Below, piece after piece: positions 59,404 to 64,000 of a DNA stretch of 64,000 bases. How positions within the stretch are numbered: position 1 is the first letter of the stretch; every line of letters begins with the position of its first letter. Both the position numbers and the translations under genes were made by a program. The notes under the pieces were generated by a model. The model searched no databases. It saw only the letters and a list, made by a program, of their open reading frames with translations, and was not told the DNA's origin. Source of the DNA: Mobula hypostoma (lineage: Eukaryota); assembly GCF_963921235.1 (NCBI RefSeq), contig NC_086097.1, positions 6,076,001 through 6,140,000 on the forward strand. The letters run 5' to 3'.

Positions 59404-59599
59404 GTTGTTGTTCCTCTCCATGGCTTGTGACGCATCGGGCAGCAACTTTGCTGTTCCTTTTGCATTTGTCCCTTTTTTAATGAGGCGAGTTGCTAGCTTG
59501 ACTCTCAACCCGGCATGCGTGCAAGGAGCTGTCTGGATTCGAACCCAGGACCACTCACCTCAAAGTCCAGTGCGGATGCCTCCACATCACCGGCCGGCC
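59404..59599 (-). repeat. tRNA-derived SINE inserted in a Rex1-type element (59320-59950)
   Basis: Minus strand GGCCGGCCGGTG...GGTTCGAATCC (B box); (CAA)n tail; imperfect 11-bp duplication at 59393-59403 and 59600-59610. Confidence 0.75.
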
Positions 59600-60049
59600 A
59601 TTACATTGCAATACAAAATAATAAAAACTGTGAATTACAGTAAATATGTATATTACATAGTTAAATTAAATAAGTAGCGCATAAAAAGTTGTGAGGTGGT
59701 GTTCATAGGTTCATTGTCCATTCAGAAATCTGATGGCAGTGGGGATTAAGCTGTTCCTGAATCGTTGAGTGTGTGTCTTAAGACTCCTGTACGTCCTCCC
59801 TGATGGTAGCAATGAGAACAAGGCGTGTTCTGGGTGATGGGGGTCTTTAATGATGGACAACACCTCCCTGAGGCATTGCCTCTTGAGGACGTCCTGGATG
59901 CTATGGAGGATAGTGCCATGATGGAGCTGACTGAGTTTACAAATTTTTGGAATTTAAAAAACAGAACATTCTGAGAATAAGGGCCATTATCTTGGGCGAT
60001 AAATGTCAATGACTCTCACATCCTATAAATAAATAATAGAACATATGAA

Positions 60050-60365
60050 GATAGATTTTTACTTCCTCTAAGACTTCTCCTCTTTCCCTCTCTCCCATGG
60101 CCCATTCTTCTCTCTTATTAGATTCCTTCTTCTCCAGCTCTTCACCTTTTCCGCCTTTCACTGCCCAGCTTCCTATGTCACCCCCTCCCACCAGCTGTAC
60201 CTATTACTACCTAGCTTGTCCTACTTCCTCTCCTCCCACCTTCTCATTCTGGCATTCTCCCCCTTCCTTTCCAGTCCTAATGAAATGGCTCAGCCCGAAA
60301 CACTGACTGTCTATTCATTTGCCTGACCTGCTGAGCTCCTCCAGCATTTTGTGTGTGCTGCTCTG
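60050..60365 (+). mobile_element. Old Penelope-like pLTR with a decayed hammerhead (60273-60308)
   Basis: agtcctaatgaaatggctcagcccgaaacactgact; homologous to 42895-43350. Confidence 0.7.
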
Positions 60366-60944
60366 GTTCTCACTCACCAGAGGTTTGATCGGATCTTTGG
60401 CTACAAGCATTCTTACTTTTACAGGTGTGGTTTTGGTAGTTGCAATTTTCCATCTAAGGAGGTGCTGTGTTTGAAATAGAAAAGGGCAGCAATATTAAGT
60501 GGTCAGTCTAGAAGTTCCAGCAACATGGGCTTGATTCTGACCTTGCATGCATTCGTACGGAGTTTAGAATTCACATTGTAAATGCATGTGTTTCCACTGA
60601 AAGCCTTTATTTTTTTCCTACATTCCAAGGATGTAGTAGTTAAAATGCCCTGGGAGCTAGCATGGGCTTGATAGGCTCAATGGCCTCCCTTTTGTCTTAA
60701 GAAAATATTAACTAGAAAATTCTTCTGCCACTTTTGAATAAAAATCTCATCAAGTGTAATACTAAGAGCTGCTAGTCATGTTGGTAGATGGAGATACATT
60801 CGGGGCACATGGACAATTGAAAATTGACGACTATGTAGCAGAGAAGGGTTAGATTAATCATAGACTCGGTTAAAAGGTTGGCACAGAACCATGGGCTGAA
60901 GGGCCTGTACTGTGCAATAATGTTTTATGTTTTGTGTTCTGTCC

Positions 60945-61195
60945 TGCTATGGCAGTGTTATTCCAGCTCGGGGCATCGGAGTTCAATACTGACGTCACCT
61001 GGAAAGAGTCTGTATGTCCCCTCCGTGAAACGTGATTTTCTCCTGCACTCCAAAGCCTTGCTGGTTAGTAGATTAATTGGTCATTGTATATGGTCCCGTG
61101 ATAGGGCTGGAGCTAATCAGGGGATTGTGGGGCAGCATGTCTCGAAGAGCCAGAAGGGCCCATACAACGTTGTATCTCAATAGATAAATAAATAT
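60945..61195 (+). repeat. V-SINE, internally deleted
   Basis: Head and tail match 45855-46130; (taaa)n tail. Confidence 0.65.
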
Positions 61196-61691
61196 TCTAT
61201 ACTCTCAGAGATGTTGTGTTTCAGGTGAAATGTCAAATCAATTTAAATATAGAACATAGAACAGTACAGCATAGGAACAGACACTCCAGACCAAACAAGT
61301 TCGTAATCAATTTCTATGCAACATCCATAACTTTCCAATTTTCCTCACATTCATGAGGCTATCTAAACATATAGAACATCGATTTGTTGGGGAACTTATG
61401 GTGGATAGACTGTCTGCTTCTTTGCTCACCACAACACCAAAAATAAGTACTTCTTTGACAGTGAATCTCACTGGATTGTCTTGAGCTTGTGAATGATGGG
61501 AAAGGCACAGACTGGATGGGCCAAAGGGCCTGTTTCTTTGCTGTGATGTAACCAATGAAAAGATACTGCACCAGAACTGGCTCACTCGCTCTGACACCTG
61601 AAATATTAGCTGATTCCACAGATGTTGCTTAACTGAATGATTTCTTTCAGTATTTCTGCTTTTATTTTGGAATAGAGAAGGCCTTAGATGT

Positions 61692-62375
61692 AAATACGAG
61701 GAATTCTGCAGATGCTGGAAATTCAAGCAACACACATCAAAGTTGCTGGAGAACGCAGCAGGCCAGGCAGCATCTCTAGGAAGAGGTACAGTCAACGTTT
61801 CGGGCCAAGACCCTTCGTCAGGACTAACTGAAGGAAGAGCTAGTGAGAGATTTGAAAGTGGGAGGGGGAGATCCAAAATGATAGGAGAAGACAGGAGGGG
61901 GAGGGATGGAGCCAAGAGCTGGACGGCTGATTGGCAAAGGGGATATGAGAGGATCATGGGACAGGAGGCCCAGGGAGAAGGAAAGGGGGGGGACCTAGAG
62001 GATGGGCAAGGGGTATAGTGAGAGGGACAGAGGGAGAAAAAGGAGGGAGAGAGAGAAAGAATGTGTGTATATAAATAAATAATGGATGGGGTACGAGGGG
62101 GAGGTGGGGCATTAGCGGAAGGTAGAGAAGTCAATGTTCATGCCATCAGGTTGGAGGCTACCCAGACGGAATATAAGGTGTTGTTCCTCCAACCTGAGTG
62201 TGGCTTCATCTTTACAGTAGAGGAGGCCGTGGATAGACATATCAGAATAGGAATGGGATGTGGAATTAAAATGTGTGGCCCCTGGGAGATCCTGCTTTCT
62301 CTGGCAGACAGAGTGTAGGTGTTCAGCAAAACGATCTCCCAGTCTGCGAACATTGACTTCTCTAACTTCCGCTAA
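61692..62375 (-). mobile_element. 5'-truncated Penelope-like element with a short inverted cap
   Basis: RRLGDRFAEH..ATHFNS..LRLEEQHLIFRLGSLQPDGMNIDFS; hammerhead at 61790-61825; 62348-62375 is the reverse complement of 62112-62139. Confidence 0.9.
61790..61825 (-). ncRNA. Minimal hammerhead motif
   Basis: Minus strand: AGUC-CUGACGA-AGGGUCUUGGCCC-GAAA-CGUU-GACU. Confidence 0.8.
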
Positions 62376-62409
62376 AAATCGAGGCCTAGGGTGATTCACC
62401 TGTGACAGC

Positions 62410-62955
62410 GGCAAGTCCTGGTGTGGGCTTCTCATCTAAGAACAGATGTACTGGCATTGGAGAAGGTTCAGAGGTGGTTGACAACAATGATTCCAGGAAT
62501 GAAAGGGATATCATATGAGGAACATTTGATAGCTCTGGGTCTGTACTCACTGGAATTTAGAAGGATGAGGAGTGATCACATTGAAACCTTTTGAATATTG
62601 AAAGGCCTAGATGTGAAAAGAATGTTTCCCATGGTGGGGGAGTCTAGGACAAGAGGGCACAGCCTCAGGATAGAGCGGACGTCGATGTGAAAAACAGAGA
62701 TGCGGAGAAATTTCTTGAGCAAGATTGCAGTGAATTTGTGAAATTTGTTACCATAAGCAGCTGTGGAGGCCAGGTCATTGGGTATATTTAAGGCAGAGCT
62801 TAATAGGTTCTTGACTGGACACAGCATCAAAGGTTACAGGGGGAAGACCAGGGAGTGAGGCTGAGGAGGGAAAAAGGATCAACCATGATTGAATGGTGGA
62901 GAAGACAAGATGGGCAAATGGCCAAATTTTGCTCCTATGTCTTATGGTCTGATGG
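62410..62955 (+). repeat. CR1 3' end
   Basis: Homologous to 28400-28938 and 13650-14010; tcttatggtct tail. Confidence 0.85.
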
Positions 62956-64000
62956 TTTATTTCCTTCACTGGGGTGGGGTGGGGGGTGGTCAAGAACAAA
63001 GGTGATATGGTTTTACACTCATTGTTGGAAAGAATAGAGGAGGTGTTGAGGCCGAGCTTAGATCTGATAGAGGTTTATAAGATTGAGAGGCATAGATAAA
63101 GTAGACAAACAGCATCTTTTTCTAAGGGTTGAAATAGTGGTAAGACAATATTTTATTTTAAAGACTTAATTACTACTTTAAAACATACCAGCAAAAACAT
63201 TTCCTAGTTGTACTGGGATGAAATTTTCAATTTCCTGGTAATTTTCAAATTCTGTATATCCTGCTTGGGGATGGGAGAGTCCTGGGCTGGTTATCCTGCT
63301 CACTTAAGGAAGGATAAGTGAGCCTCTTCCAAAGCCTCTCCTTTCCAGGTGTAGTGGTCACTGCAGGACCACTGTTTGGCTTGCAGCTCCTCTGAAATAA
63401 AAGCACAGCATTAGCCACTCTACAGTCTCCTAGTACCTCAATGACGGTTGAAAATGATGCAAATTTCTCTTGCTAAATCCCAGCAATTTTGTAACAGGGA
63501 TGGTTGCAAGGCTGGGTTTGAACTGTGATTGTTATGACAAAAAAAAACAAATAAAACTTAAATGAGCATGGATAAAACAAGACACAGATGAAAATAATCA
63601 ATTAATAGTCAGGCATGGAGGACCATTCGAGCCTCTAGGACTCTGGCACCCTCAGGTGGTAGGTGGTCAGACCATAGCATGACAGATTTCTTCCCTAGGA
63701 TTGGGTTAATTAGTGCTGTCACAAAGTGAATGTGTGTCTACTGTGATTGAATAGTAGTCATGTGTCAAGCTTTGAGATGTGACTGAAAGAATCTGTGGAA
63801 ATCTTGGCGAACATTTGATTATCAGGCCTCAGCATTTGACAGTTGGTAGGTGATTAGTGCCTTAAATATCCATCTTACCTGTTTATTGAAAGCCAGTCAC
63901 CCATGTTAGCCAGGGATGGGTCTGTTTAAGGAGCGCTGCAGCCCCCTCCCATTGGCTGCCATTTGGCACCAAGGCGGCAGCTGGTGATAGCAAGAATATA

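Noticed and set aside
59520..59599. tRNA gene
   Set aside because: B box present, but the A box is degenerate and a SINE body, tail and duplication follow.
1..64000. CRISPR arrays, operons or other prokaryotic systems
   Set aside because: No regularly spaced repeat-spacer array; the content is vertebrate interspersed repeats.

Overview
Gene-poor, retrotransposon-saturated vertebrate DNA. The repeat set (HE1-type V-SINEs, HER1-like CR1 LINEs, Rex1/Babar, RTE, L1, Neptune-type Penelope-like elements, Tc1) points to a cartilaginous fish, probably a ray; this is an inference. No intact host gene is recognisable, and almost every ORF in the track is a transposon fragment or its antisense. Highlights read from the sequence: (1) a 3,980-bp insertion (17176-21155) under one 11-bp target duplication, made of an intronless, polyadenylated galectin-like retrocopy fused to the 5' end of a near full-length RTE LINE; (2) at least ten copies of a 36-nt minimal type I hammerhead ribozyme motif in Penelope-like pseudo-LTRs, found as fold-back, ribozyme-only and circularly permuted mini-insertions; (3) a 5'-intact, 3'-truncated L1 (open ORF1, endonuclease-only ORF2) between perfect 15-bp duplications, nested in a non-autonomous element that is nested in a CR1; (4) a solo LTR, a Tigger/pogo-like MITE, a 113-bp inverted duplication of non-repeat-like DNA, and a candidate minus-strand exon near 63.3 kb. 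Boundaries of old repeats are approximate. Family names come from recognised motifs, not database searches.
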